Part shown: positions 8,962-19,456 of the stretch, one piece after another | Layout: every line of letters begins with the position of its first letter | How positions within the stretch are numbered: the first letter of the stretch is position 1 | NCBI RefSeq assembly: GCF_028368995.1 | Contig: NZ_JAQNDL010000003.1 | Coordinates: 192,001-256,000 of the forward strand | Source of the DNA: Nannocystis bainbridge | Lineage (GTDB): Bacteria > Myxococcota_A > Polyangia > Nannocystales > Nannocystaceae | Reading direction: 5' to 3' | Length of the DNA stretch: 64,000 nucleotides | Notes under the pieces: model-generated | What the model saw: only the letters and a program-made list of their open reading frames with translations | The model's database searches: none | What the model was told of the DNA's origin: nothing | Position numbers and translations under genes: made by a program

Positions 8962-10362
8962 TCACTGCGGCAGCCGCAAGTCCAGGAACCCGTCGACCAC
9001 CGCGCGCGAGAGCACGTTCGGCAATGCCGGCACGATCGCCGCGGCCGCCGCCGGCACCTCGTCCGGGTGAATCACCGCGACCTGCACCGCGCGCGCGGAC
9101 TCGTCGAGCAGGAACAGGTAATAACGATCGTCCTGCGCCCGCCGCCACGCCGGGCCCTCGGCCGACGCCGGATCGTCGGCGTCGATCACCGCCCCGTGGT
9201 CCATCGCCGTCAGGCTGTTGACGTCGACCAGATCGGCGTCGCCCGGGAACTGCTCGATGCCGCACGACTCGATCCCGCAAGTCACCCCGCCGAGCGAGCC
9301 GACCTGATACGAGCGAATGCCGGTGCTGATGATGTCGCGGTTGCCCCACTGCGGCCCGGACGCCTCCGGAATCACCTCGAACACGTTGATCTGCCCGCAG
9401 CCATCGCCCAATTGGCCATTGTCGGTATTATTAAAACAATGACATGGGTGGTAGCCCGACCAGCCGTCGCGGTTCAGCTCCGACGGCGACACCCCGATCC
9501 ACGGCGCGTCCTGCTCCCGCTCGTCCTCGCCGTCGGCGATGCAGCTGAGCGGCGACAGCCCGGGATCGTCGGCGTACGGCATCGACGCCAGCAGCACGAC
9601 GAGCTTCGAGCCGGCCCAGCCGTGGTAATCGAGGTCCGACCCGGGGCAGTACGGCTCGCTGCCGGGGCCGCACGGGAACGGCTGCGCCTGCATCGCATAA
9701 TAGGCGCAGTTGTTGCCGAGGTCGCCGAGCAGCTCCTTCGCCCCGTTCGGGCCCGACAGCTGGAGGTTGTACGGCTGGTCCGGGGTGCGGCGGTCCCACA
9801 GCGAGCGGATCGCCCACGGGCCGTCGCTCGGCCCGAGCGGCTGATACACCGCCAGCGCCTTGATGCGCAGCGGCCCCTCGAGCACCAGGTGGAGCTGCTC
9901 GTTGAACGGCGTCAGTCGGTCGGAGGTCACCTCGTGCCGCGTGCGGCAGCAGAACTCGGAGCCCCACCCGAAATCGATGGTCTCCGACTGCACGTCGCAG
10001 CGCGCATCGCCGGGCTCGGCCTCGATCCGGCGGCCCCAGTAGCCGGGCGCGCCGATGTTGGTAAACGTCAGCGTCCCGCCGCGCGTGGGCTCGCCGTCGT
10101 TGTCCGGCTCGACCGGCGGATGCGGCGGCGCGTGCGGCTCGTCGAGGTCGTCCCAGCCGCCCGTGTCGGGCTCGCCCGCCGACGTCGACCCGCCCGCCGA
10201 TGTCGGCTCTCCTGCCGACGTCGGCTCGCCCGCCGAAGTCGGCTCGCCCGCCGAAGTCGGCTCTCCCGCCGACGTCGATCCGCCGGCCGAAGATGGCCCC
10301 CCGTTCGCGCCGCACGCGGTGATCACCGCCAGCAGCGACAGCGCGCGCTGCCAGTCCCTCAC
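8962..10362 (-). CDS. Lipoprotein with fungal Tos1/YJL171C-like (DUF2403+DUF2401, GH16-like) domains
   Basis: Lipobox ITAC; TSAGEP linker repeats; LTFTNIGAPG, LTPFNEQLHLVLEGPLRIKALAVYQP, KLVVLLASMP, DAPWI and CHC...GCGQINVFEV match the Tos1 family pattern. GTG start overlaps the upstream stop (GTGA). Confidence 0.75.
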   Translation of the reverse strand: MRDWQRALSLLAVITACGANGGPSSAGGSTSAGEPTSAGEPTSAGEPTSAGEPTSAGGSTSAGEPDTGGWDDLDEPHAPPHPPVEPDNDGEPTRGGTLTFTNIGAPGYWGRRIEAEPGDARCDVQSETIDFGWGSEFCCRTRHEVTSDRLTPFNEQLHLVLEGPLRIKALAVYQPLGPSDGPWAIRSLWDRRTPDQPYNLQLSGPNGAKELLGDLGNNCAYYAMQAQPFPCGPGSEPYCPGSDLDYHGWAGSKLVVLLASMPYADDPGLSPLSCIADGEDEREQDAPWIGVSPSELNRDGWSGYHPCHCFNNTDNGQLGDGCGQINVFEVIPEASGPQWGNRDIISTGIRSYQVGSLGGVTCGIESCGIEQFPGDADLVDVNSLTAMDHGAVIDADDPASAEGPAWRRAQDDRYYLFLLDESARAVQVAVIHPDEVPAAAAAIVPALPNVLSRAVVDGFLDLRLPQ

Positions 10363-11798
10363 AGGTCCTCGATGATGGCGAACACGTGGTCGCCGCGGTC
10401 CTGGAACACCGGGCCGTTGACGATGAAGCGGCCGTTCGCGTCGTTGAGCGAGTGGACCTCGGGCCCCTCGCCGGTCGGGATCCACTCCTGATTGGGCTGC
10501 TGTTCATACGACAGCGTGCCGAGCAGCTCCGTCTTGTCCTCCTGGCCCAAATAGCGGTACAGCGTGATCTTGTAGAGTTGCTCGCTCGTCGGGATGTCGC
10601 CCATCGCCGTCCTCGCCGCGCGCAGCTCCGGCCATGTGAAGCCCTCCGCGTGGGCGAAGTTGTAGCCCGCGCGATCGCAGCCGCCCGAGTACGGCTTGTG
10701 GAAGTTGCCCGGCGAGTTGAGGCCCGGCGCCCCGTCGTCCTCCCAGATCGCCACCTCCTCCATCGGCCGGCCCTTGTGGCCCCAATACTTGTGCCCCGGC
10801 GCCCCGGCCGACGCGTAGCCCGGCAGGAACGTCTCCGACGGGTAGTAGGATTCGTTGCCCGGGAACTGCGTGCGCGTGGTCGGCACCGGCGCGCTCGCCC
10901 GGTTGATCGTCACGCACGCGTGATAGTCGTCCCAGCCGTCGTCGTGATTGGCGACGGTGGCCCGCTCCGGCTTCGGCACGTAGACCTTGCCCTCGGGATC
11001 GACGTAGAGGCCGAAGTTGAGCTGCCAGTTCGCCCCGTGGCGCGGCCACTCGAACCCGTGCGAGTCGGGCGCCTCCGGGTTCAGGAAGAACATCGTGTAG
11101 CCGTCGCCCTCGGGGTGCACCACCCACGTGGGCCGAAAGCCGGTGAAGTTGATCGGGTCGTCGGGCAGCGGGTCCTGGTTGTACGTCGAATAGCCGTACT
11201 CGTAGCCCGCGTTGACGTGATAGACGAACGGCCGCATCCCGCCGTTTTCGGCGACGAGCTCCGCCGGATCGTCATTTTCGCCGATCGCCCAGCCCTTGTT
11301 CTTGGCCCCCGGCATCCAGGCGACGTCGTCGGTGACGCCCGCGATCCACGGCACCTCGAAGTCGCTGTCGACGATGTAGTGGGTCTCGGTCTCCTCGATC
11401 GGGAATTCCTTGCCGCACTGGACCGCCGACAGCGTGTAGCTCCACGGCATCGCCGTGATGATCGGATACGGCTGGCCCTCGAACGTCGTGTCGGCGAGTG
11501 GGATCACCCGATAGATGTCCGAGAACGGCGTCGTATTGTCGACGCCGTCGACGCTGCAGCCCGCGGGCGGTGGTTGCCCCGTCCCCCCGGAGCCGTCGGT
11601 CCCGTCGGAGCCGTCGGTCCCATCGGTCGGGTCGGTCCCGTCGGAGCCGGGGTTGCCCCCGGTCGCATCGGTCGCCTCGGTCCCGCCGGTCGCCTCGGTC
11701 CCGCCGGCGCCGTCGGTCTCGTCGCTCGGATTCGTCGCCGAGCATGCGACCATCATCAGCGACACCCACAGGATCCTGCCCTCGACCGCGTTCCGCAT
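10359..11798 (-). CDS. Lipoprotein of unknown function (aromatic/acidic-rich domain)
   Basis: Lipobox MVAC; GTD/GTE linker; about 380-aa globular domain with strongly GC3-biased codons. The supplied ORF is over-extended 5'. Confidence 0.8.
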   Translation of the reverse strand: MRNAVEGRILWVSLMMVACSATNPSDETDGAGGTEATGGTEATDATGGNPGSDGTDPTDGTDGSDGTDGSGGTGQPPPAGCSVDGVDNTTPFSDIYRVIPLADTTFEGQPYPIITAMPWSYTLSAVQCGKEFPIEETETHYIVDSDFEVPWIAGVTDDVAWMPGAKNKGWAIGENDDPAELVAENGGMRPFVYHVNAGYEYGYSTYNQDPLPDDPINFTGFRPTWVVHPEGDGYTMFFLNPEAPDSHGFEWPRHGANWQLNFGLYVDPEGKVYVPKPERATVANHDDGWDDYHACVTINRASAPVPTTRTQFPGNESYYPSETFLPGYASAGAPGHKYWGHKGRPMEEVAIWEDDGAPGLNSPGNFHKPYSGGCDRAGYNFAHAEGFTWPELRAARTAMGDIPTSEQLYKITLYRYLGQEDKTELLGTLSYEQQPNQEWIPTGEGPEVHSLNDANGRFIVNGPVFQDRGDHVFAIIEDL

Positions 11799-12067
11799 GC
11801 ATGCAGCGTATCGGACCGCGCAGACCGGCGGAAGCACGAAAAGCGAGCGCGGGAGGTGTGATACGCACCCTCGGCAAAGAGGTCTATCGCCACCCATGGC
11901 GGCAAATCGTGGGCTGCGGCCTCCAGACGTCTGCGCGAGCGGTCGGTCCTTACCCCTGCGGCTGCTCGGCCATCGCCCGAGCGCGATACTCGGTGATTCC
12001 ATGCACCGCGGAGCCGCGACCTCGCGCGGGCGCACCATTGGGGGCACCGCGCTCGCCTGCACGATCC

Positions 12068-12988
12068 TCAGCGCCTTCGCTGCGGCTTCGTGGGGAACAG
12101 CGCCGCTACCCGCTCGCGCAACCACTTGTGAGCCACGTCGTCCTGGCGCGACGCCGCGTAGAGCAGCCCGAAGCGGACCTCCGGCAGCTCGAGCGGCGGC
12201 GCGAACGTCACCAGCGGCGCGTGGCGGACGTACTCTGTCACCAGGCTGCGCGGGGCCGTCACCAGCAGATCGGTGCGGGCCGCGATCGCCAGCGCCGTCT
12301 GGAAGCACGGCGTGCGCAGCACCACCCGGCGCGCGCGGCCGAGGCTCGCCAGGTGATTGTCGACCACCCCGCCCGGCAGCGCGCGCGGGGCCACCAGCAC
12401 GTGGCGGGCCGCCAGATAGCGCTCGAGCGTCAGCCGCCCCGGCGCGTGCTCGGCCGCGATCGCCACCACGAACGGGTCGCGCAGCAGCGGCCGCAGCATC
12501 AGCCCGCCGCGCTCCGAGAACGAGGCCCCGAGCGCCAGGTCGGCCTCGCCGCGCTGGACCACGTCCTCGACCGCGTCGCCCACGATCTGCGTCACCACGT
12601 CGATGCCCGGCGCCTCGCACGCCAGCGCCGTCAGCAGCCGCGGCAACACCACCAGCTCCGCGTAGTCGGCCGCGATGATGCGAAAGCTGGCCTTCAGCGT
12701 CGCCGGGGCGAACCCCTCGCCGGCCTGGAACACCCGGCCCACGGCCGCCAGCGCCTCCGCCAGCGGCCCGCGCAGCGCCAGCACCCGCTCGGTCGGCGCC
12801 AGCTTGCGACCGACGCGCACGAACAGCGGATCGCCGAGCGCCGCCCGCAGCCGCCGCAGCGCGTGGCTGATCGCGCTCTGCGTCAGCCCGAGCTCTCGGG
12901 CCGCGCGGACGGTGCTGTGCGTGCGCAGCAGGACGTCGAGCACGCGCAGGTGGCCCAGATCGATCCCCGACGTATGAACCAGATTCAT
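12068..12988 (-). CDS. LysR family transcriptional regulator (NodD/DntR-like)
   Basis: IDLGHLRVLDVLL...STVRAARELGLTQSAISHALRRLR...DPLFVR HTH; substrate-binding domain follows. Confidence 0.93.
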   Translation of the reverse strand: MNLVHTSGIDLGHLRVLDVLLRTHSTVRAARELGLTQSAISHALRRLRAALGDPLFVRVGRKLAPTERVLALRGPLAEALAAVGRVFQAGEGFAPATLKASFRIIAADYAELVVLPRLLTALACEAPGIDVVTQIVGDAVEDVVQRGEADLALGASFSERGGLMLRPLLRDPFVVAIAAEHAPGRLTLERYLAARHVLVAPRALPGGVVDNHLASLGRARRVVLRTPCFQTALAIAARTDLLVTAPRSLVTEYVRHAPLVTFAPPLELPEVRFGLLYAASRQDDVAHKWLRERVAALFPTKPQRRR

Positions 12989-12999
12989 GGCTGACATGA
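12985..12999. promoter_or_regulatory. Probable LysR recognition site
   Basis: TCATG-N5-CATGA inverted repeat overlapping the LysR start, between divergent genes. Confidence 0.45.
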
Positions 13000-13046
13000 C
13001 GACGATGAGCTTCATGATGCCATGCTCCGGGCGCACAGTCGTGGCC

Positions 13047-13673
13047 ATGACGACCACCAAGCTGCTCGCGCCCGCCCTGCTGACCGCCGCCTTCGCCCTC
13101 GCCTGCGCCCATGGCTGCGACGGCGACGACACCGAGAACCCCGAGGCCGCCCCCGACATCGCCGGCACGTGGGTCGGCGACTGCCTGCCGAGCCCCCAGG
13201 CCGACGGCTCGACCCAGTACCTGCGGCTCGAATTCGCCATCACGGGCGACGCCTGGAAGCTCGACTACGTCACCCACGCCGACGACGCCTGCGCCACCAA
13301 GCTGGCGACCGTGCACATCGAGGGCCCCTACGCGCTGCAGCAGCCCTCGAGCGCGGTGGAGGGCGCATGGGAGGCCCGGTTCGGCTTCACCACCAAGACG
13401 ATCCGCCCCGAGGTCGACGGCCTGCGCGACTACCTCAATTCACTCGAAGGCTGCGGCGCCTCCGAGTTCGCCACCGGCGTCGCCCAGGACGTCCTGACGA
13501 CCGGCTGCGCGGGCTTCGGCCAGTACCCGGGCGCCGACTGCCCGGCCGACTTCGACCTCGTGAAGCGCGACGGCGACGACCTGTTCTTCGGCGCCCGCCC
13601 GGCCGACAACGACATGTGCACCGCCGGCAAGCGCCCGACCGCGCTGAGCCCCGTCGCCAACCACCGCCGCTGA
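13047..13673 (+). CDS. APCDD1-like beta-barrel lipoprotein
   Basis: Lipobox AHGC; GTWVGDC, D..C...ATVHIEGPY...S..VEGAWEARF, QDVLTTGC, DLVK and LFFGARP...KRPTAL follow the APCDD1 domain layout. Confidence 0.7.
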   Translation: MTTTKLLAPALLTAAFALACAHGCDGDDTENPEAAPDIAGTWVGDCLPSPQADGSTQYLRLEFAITGDAWKLDYVTHADDACATKLATVHIEGPYALQQPSSAVEGAWEARFGFTTKTIRPEVDGLRDYLNSLEGCGASEFATGVAQDVLTTGCAGFGQYPGADCPADFDLVKRDGDDLFFGARPADNDMCTAGKRPTALSPVANHRR

Positions 13674-13917
13674 GCGCCGAGCGACCCTCCCATCGGCCGG
13701 CGCGCCGGTTCGCGGGTCACCCCACGCGGCGCGCGTCCTCGACCTGCGAGTTCACCTCGCGCAGCGTCGGGGAGACGAATGGCGGCTCGCCCGAGGTTAG
13801 AATGAGTCGTGCGCCACGAGATACTCGCGGGCTGCTTCACCTCGGCCGTCACACTCGGGCGATGAAGCCCGCGCTGCGCTCGATCGACCGTCCCGCCTGA
13901 ATCTCGGCGCGGCCCGA

Positions 13918-15081
13918 TCAGGGCTCGAGGCAGACGGTGGTGTAGCCGGAGCCGCCGAGGTAACCCCAGCCGGACGGGCAGATCAGGGCCTCGTCGGCGA
14001 CGGACTCGGGCCAGGTCTGGCTGTTGGTGTTGCGGGTGAGGTTGATGATCGCGCCAGGGTTGGCCTCCGCGCAGGCGGTGGCCCAGCCGGAGCCGCCGAG
14101 GTAATCCCAGCCGGCGGCGCACATCTCGGCCTCGTCGTCGACGGTCTCGGGCCATGTCTGGCCGTCTTCGCTGCGGGTGAGGTAGGCGAGGGCGAGGCCA
14201 TCGCTGCCGGCGCACACCGTGCTGTCGCCGGAGCCGCCGAGGTATTCCCAGCCGGGCGGGCACATGTCGGCCTCGTCGGTGACGGTCGCGGGCCAGCTCT
14301 GGCCGTCGACGTTGCGGGTGAGGCTGACGATCGAGCGCGCCTCGGCGGTGCTGCAGGCGGTGGCCCAGCCGGAGCCGCCGAGGTAATCCCAGCCGGGCGG
14401 GCACATGTCGGCCTCGTCGGCGACGGTCTCGGGCCAGGTCTGGCCGTCGACGTTGCGGGTGATATAGATGGTCGTGAGCCGCTGGTCGCTCATGCACATG
14501 GTGGCGAAGCTGTTCCCGCCGAGGTAGGTCCAGCCGGCCTCGCACATGTCGGCCTCGTCGGTGAGGATCTCGGGCCAGGTCTGGCCGTCGACGTTGCGGG
14601 TGAGGTTGATGATCGTGCCGGGGGCGTCGAGCAGGCACACAGTGGCGAAGCTCGAGCCGCCGAGGTAGGTCCAGCCGGCCTCGCACATGTCGGCCTCGTC
14701 GGTGAGGACTTCGGGCCAGGTCTTGCCGTCGACGTTGCGGGTGAGATAGGCGACCAGCGACGCGGCCGCGGGCGGCTCGCCGGTCTCGCCGGTCGGATCA
14801 CCGGTGCCGGGCTCGGTCGCGGTGCCGGGCTCGGTCGCGGTGCCGGGCTCGGTCGCGGTGCCGGGCTCGGTCGCGGCGCTGGTCGTCGGTCCACCGTCGC
14901 TGTCCGTACCCGTCGAACCTTGCGTGGGGTCGTCGTCGGTGGTGCCGCCGGGCGTGGTCGAGGGGCCGGGCGTGCCGGTGGCGGTGGGGTTGGTGGTGGT
15001 GGCCCCAGTGAGGTCGGGGCCGTCGTCGCCGCAGGCGGAGCCGAAGATGAGCACGAGGGCGAAGGTGTGTCGGGGGGCCAT
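13918..15081 (-). CDS. Lipoprotein with Thr-rich linker and six tandem 47-aa Cys-containing repeats
   Basis: Lipobox GSAC; TATEPG linker; repeat consensus xxxLTRNVDGQTWPETVxDEADMCPxGWxYLGGSGxATxC, six copies. Confidence 0.88.
   Translation of the reverse strand: MAPRHTFALVLIFGSACGDDGPDLTGATTTNPTATGTPGPSTTPGGTTDDDPTQGSTGTDSDGGPTTSAATEPGTATEPGTATEPGTATEPGTGDPTGETGEPPAAASLVAYLTRNVDGKTWPEVLTDEADMCEAGWTYLGGSSFATVCLLDAPGTIINLTRNVDGQTWPEILTDEADMCEAGWTYLGGNSFATMCMSDQRLTTIYITRNVDGQTWPETVADEADMCPPGWDYLGGSGWATACSTAEARSIVSLTRNVDGQSWPATVTDEADMCPPGWEYLGGSGDSTVCAGSDGLALAYLTRSEDGQTWPETVDDEAEMCAAGWDYLGGSGWATACAEANPGAIINLTRNTNSQTWPESVADEALICPSGWGYLGGSGYTTVCLEP
13921..14760 (-). repeat. Intragenic tandem repeat, 6 x 141 nt
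   Basis: TGCGGGT anchor at 14031, 14172, 14313, 14454, 14595 and 14736, an exact 141-nt period. Confidence 0.95.
14803..14876 (-). repeat. 18-nt tandem repeat (TATEPG linker)
   Basis: GGTGCCGGGCTCGGTCGC repeated four times. Confidence 0.9.
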
Positions 15082-15235
15082 GGGCCCGTCTACAGCGATC
15101 GGTCGGGCCGCGCAAGCCGAGTCACCCGCGGTCGCAGCGGGCGAGCGCGGTCGGGTCCCACACGAGACGAGCCCCGGCTTACCCGATATGTCAGGGTCAC
15201 CCCCTGCGATCTGCAATGGCGCGCCCGCGCGATCC

Positions 15236-16627
<1,392 letters not shown>

Positions 16628-16870
16628 GATGGTCGTTCCTCTCGGCTGCCGCGCGTGACGGCGGCGGACGATACCGCCGGCGAGGACACCCGGTCGAGGC
16701 CGGCGCGCGTCGTCCTGGCCGCAGCGCTCGTCGGCGCCGCGGACGCCGGACGCGCCCGCACGACGGCCAGCCACCGCTTCGATCTCGGCCCCGGGGAACC
16801 ACGTCGAGCAGCGCAAGGCGCGGCGGCATCGACGCCCCCGCGACGCACGAGCACGGGCCCCTCGGCCCAT

Positions 16871-16886
16871 CTGTCCCGAAGGACAG
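16871..16886. repeat. Single copy of 14-bp TGTCC-N4-GGACA element
   Basis: CTGTCC-CGAA-GGACAG; the 20-mer ATCTGTCCCGAARGACAGCC recurs at 55753-55772. Confidence 0.65.
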
Positions 16887-17240
16887 CCGTCACCCACCGT
16901 CGCGCGGTCCTCCGGCGCGCTCGCGGCGAGCCCAGTCACGCCGGCGCCGAGACCCGGCGCGATGAAGATCGCAAGTGCGCGCGCGAACGTCTGCGCCCCG
17001 GCAGGCGGGCGCTCCGCGAGCCGTGCGAGCACGGGTCGGCGTCGAGGCGACACGCCGGCACGTGTCGGCGTGCTGGCGGGGAACACTCACCGGACACCGC
17101 GCGCCTCGCCTCTCGGCGGACGCTCCGCGTCGAGCGACGCGATCCCTCCAGGCGCCCCACCGCCTGCGCCTCGCGGACGCCGACCCTCTGGCGGGCGCGA
17201 CACCTCTGTCTCTCGCATCGACTCGAGCTCCCCTGCGTGC

Positions 17241-18656
17241 ATGCGACGACACCCCATCGCAATCGTGGCAGGTCACCTCGGATGGACTTGCGTCGGCGCC
17301 TGCGCCGGCGCACCGTCCGACGCGCCCTCCGACACTTCCACCTACGCCTCGTCCGACACCTCGGCGCACGCTCCCGACGCCTCGGCCCAGTCGTCGTCCG
17401 GGGCCGCTCTCGACGCCCCGACGTACTACCGCGACGTAGCGCCGCTGCTCGCGAGTCGATGCACCGAATGTCATCGCTCGGGGGGCATCGCGCCGTTCGC
17501 CCTCGGCACCTACGACGAGGCCGCGCCCTTCGCCGCGCTGGTCGCCAGGACCGCCGTCGAGCGGACGATGCCGCCCTTCAACCTCGACAACAGCGGCGCC
17601 TGCAACACCTACGTCGGCGCGCCCTGGCTCGCCGAGAGCGACATCGCCACCCTCACCGCCTGGGCGCAGGCCGGCGCTCCCGCGGGCGAGCCCACCGGCG
17701 AGACCCTCGAGAGCCCGTCCGTCTGGCGGCTCGATCGCGTCGACCTCACCCTCGAGATGCCGACCCCCTACGCCCCGACCGAGCCGATCGTCGACGACTA
17801 CCGCTGCTTCATCCTCGAGCCCGGCCTCGCCGAGGACGCGTTCGTCACCGCCTTCGAGGTGCGCCTCGGCCGGCCCGACGTGGTCCATCACCTGACCCTC
17901 TACGCCCTCGACACGGCGAAGGACGAGCAGGAGGCCGCGGCCCTCGACGCCGCCCAGGACGGCCCGGGCTACACCTGCTTCGGCGACACTCTGGTGCCGT
18001 CGCGCTGGCTGGTCGGCAGCGGCCCGAGCGACAAGGGCGGCGATCTTCCGGCAGGCACGGGGCTGCGCATCGGCGCCGGGCGCAAGGCCGTGCTGCAGAT
18101 GCACTACAACTGGCAGAACGGCGCCGCGCCCGATCGCACCGCCGTCGACCTCAAGCTCGAGCCGATGGTCGAGCGCGAGGCCTTCATCGGCCAGATCGCC
18201 GACAAGGAGCTCGAGCTCCCGCCCGGCCTGCCCGCGGTGAGCGAGTCCGAAGCGCTGCTCATGGACGGCGACTACACGCTGTGGGGCGTATGGCCGCACA
18301 TGCACAACCTCGGCGAGGCGCTGCGCGTGACCGCGAGCCGCCCGGGCAGCGAATCGTGCCTGGCCCAGGTGAATCGCTATCAGTTCCACTGGCAGCGGTT
18401 CGCCTTCTACGACCGACCGGTGCGCGTCTTCGGCGGTGACACCCTGCGGATCACCTGCACCTACGACACCACGAGCCGCGACACCACGACGCAGTGGGGC
18501 TTCGGGACGGACGACGAGATGTGCATCGGCTTCTTCTACATCACGCCGGGCGGCGAGACGGACCGCGCGGATGGACCCCTCGCGGCCGGCGTCAGCCGCT
18601 CGCCAGGAGCCCCTGGATCTGCTCCTTCAAGCCAGCGTCCGCGGTTCGAGCGATGA
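17241..18656 (+). CDS. Copper type II (PHM/DBH-like) monooxygenase with N-terminal c-type heme motif
   Basis: CTECH heme-binding motif; CuH ligands VVHH and QMHY; CuM ligands PHMH and DEMC; N-terminal export/lipoprotein-like signal. Confidence 0.88.
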   Translation: MRRHPIAIVAGHLGWTCVGACAGAPSDAPSDTSTYASSDTSAHAPDASAQSSSGAALDAPTYYRDVAPLLASRCTECHRSGGIAPFALGTYDEAAPFAALVARTAVERTMPPFNLDNSGACNTYVGAPWLAESDIATLTAWAQAGAPAGEPTGETLESPSVWRLDRVDLTLEMPTPYAPTEPIVDDYRCFILEPGLAEDAFVTAFEVRLGRPDVVHHLTLYALDTAKDEQEAAALDAAQDGPGYTCFGDTLVPSRWLVGSGPSDKGGDLPAGTGLRIGAGRKAVLQMHYNWQNGAAPDRTAVDLKLEPMVEREAFIGQIADKELELPPGLPAVSESEALLMDGDYTLWGVWPHMHNLGEALRVTASRPGSESCLAQVNRYQFHWQRFAFYDRPVRVFGGDTLRITCTYDTTSRDTTTQWGFGTDDEMCIGFFYITPGGETDRADGPLAAGVSRSPGAPGSAPSSQRPRFER

Positions 18657-18809
18657 GCGACTCGAGCGCCTCCCTCCGGGCCGCGGCGACGAGGTGCCGA
18701 TCGACGAACAACGCGAGCTGCATCTCGTTGGGTCGCCCATGTCTGCGGTCGGTTGCCGCGCGCTAGCGCCTCGATCGGGCTCGCCTTTTCGGCCGGGTCG
18801 CGCGACGCC

Positions 18810-19330
18810 TTCGAGACATGTCATGAGGGTCAGGCCCGCGCTCGGCCACCAGCGCGGCAGCGCCCCGGTCGAGAGGTCGACCTCGAAGCTCGCCGTCGGC
18901 AAGCCGAGCACCGCCCGACCCGGGGCCCGCGAACGCCAGGCCCGCAGGCTCCACCAGCGCGTCCCACGTCTGCGGCACCGGCCACACCGGGACCTCGGTC
19001 GGCCCGCGGCCCGCCTGCGGCAGCTCGCGCGCCAGCGTCGGCGCCGGCGGCTCGCTCGCCCCCCACGCGGCCAGCACCGCCTGCAGCGCCTGCTGGACCA
19101 CCGACCGGTGGTACGCGCCGACGATCGGCGGCGCCCCCAGCTCGAGCAGCCGCCGCAAGCGGACCGTCGCGTCGATCAGCGCCACCAGGCTGCCGCCGCC
19201 CGGCCCGACCACCCGCGCCCGCGCGGGCTCGTCGGCGGCCGTCAGGCGATCCTGCGCGCGCAAGATCGCCGCGGCATCGGCGGTGAAGAAGCCCGCGAGC
19301 GGATCGTCGCGCACGGCTTTTTCTATCTCG
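18810..19330 (-). pseudogene. Probable frameshifted/truncated hypothetical gene
   Basis: GC3-biased frame (...DALVEPAGLAFAG) switches near 18920 to the 18627-18911 frame (VLGLPTASFEVDLSTGALPRWWPSAGLTLM), then loses coding bias. Confidence 0.4.
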
Positions 19331-19456
19331 AGCGCGCCGCCTTTCGTCCCCTGCGCTGCGAGCCCCGATCTTCGCGGCACGGGGTCGCGCAGACGAGCGG
19401 GCCGGGGGCCCCGGGCGAACGTCGCCGCGGCGTCGCGGGCCGACGGCTCGCCGGGC

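Noticed and set aside
11799-13316. 5' extension making the 10359 ORF 985 aa
   Set aside because: Overlaps the LysR gene in another frame; the true protein starts at the lipoprotein signal near 11798.
13921-14760. Possible CRISPR or DGR template/variable repeats
   Set aside because: Contiguous in-frame 141-nt protein repeats with no spacers, no reverse transcriptase nearby and no adenine-specific variation evident.
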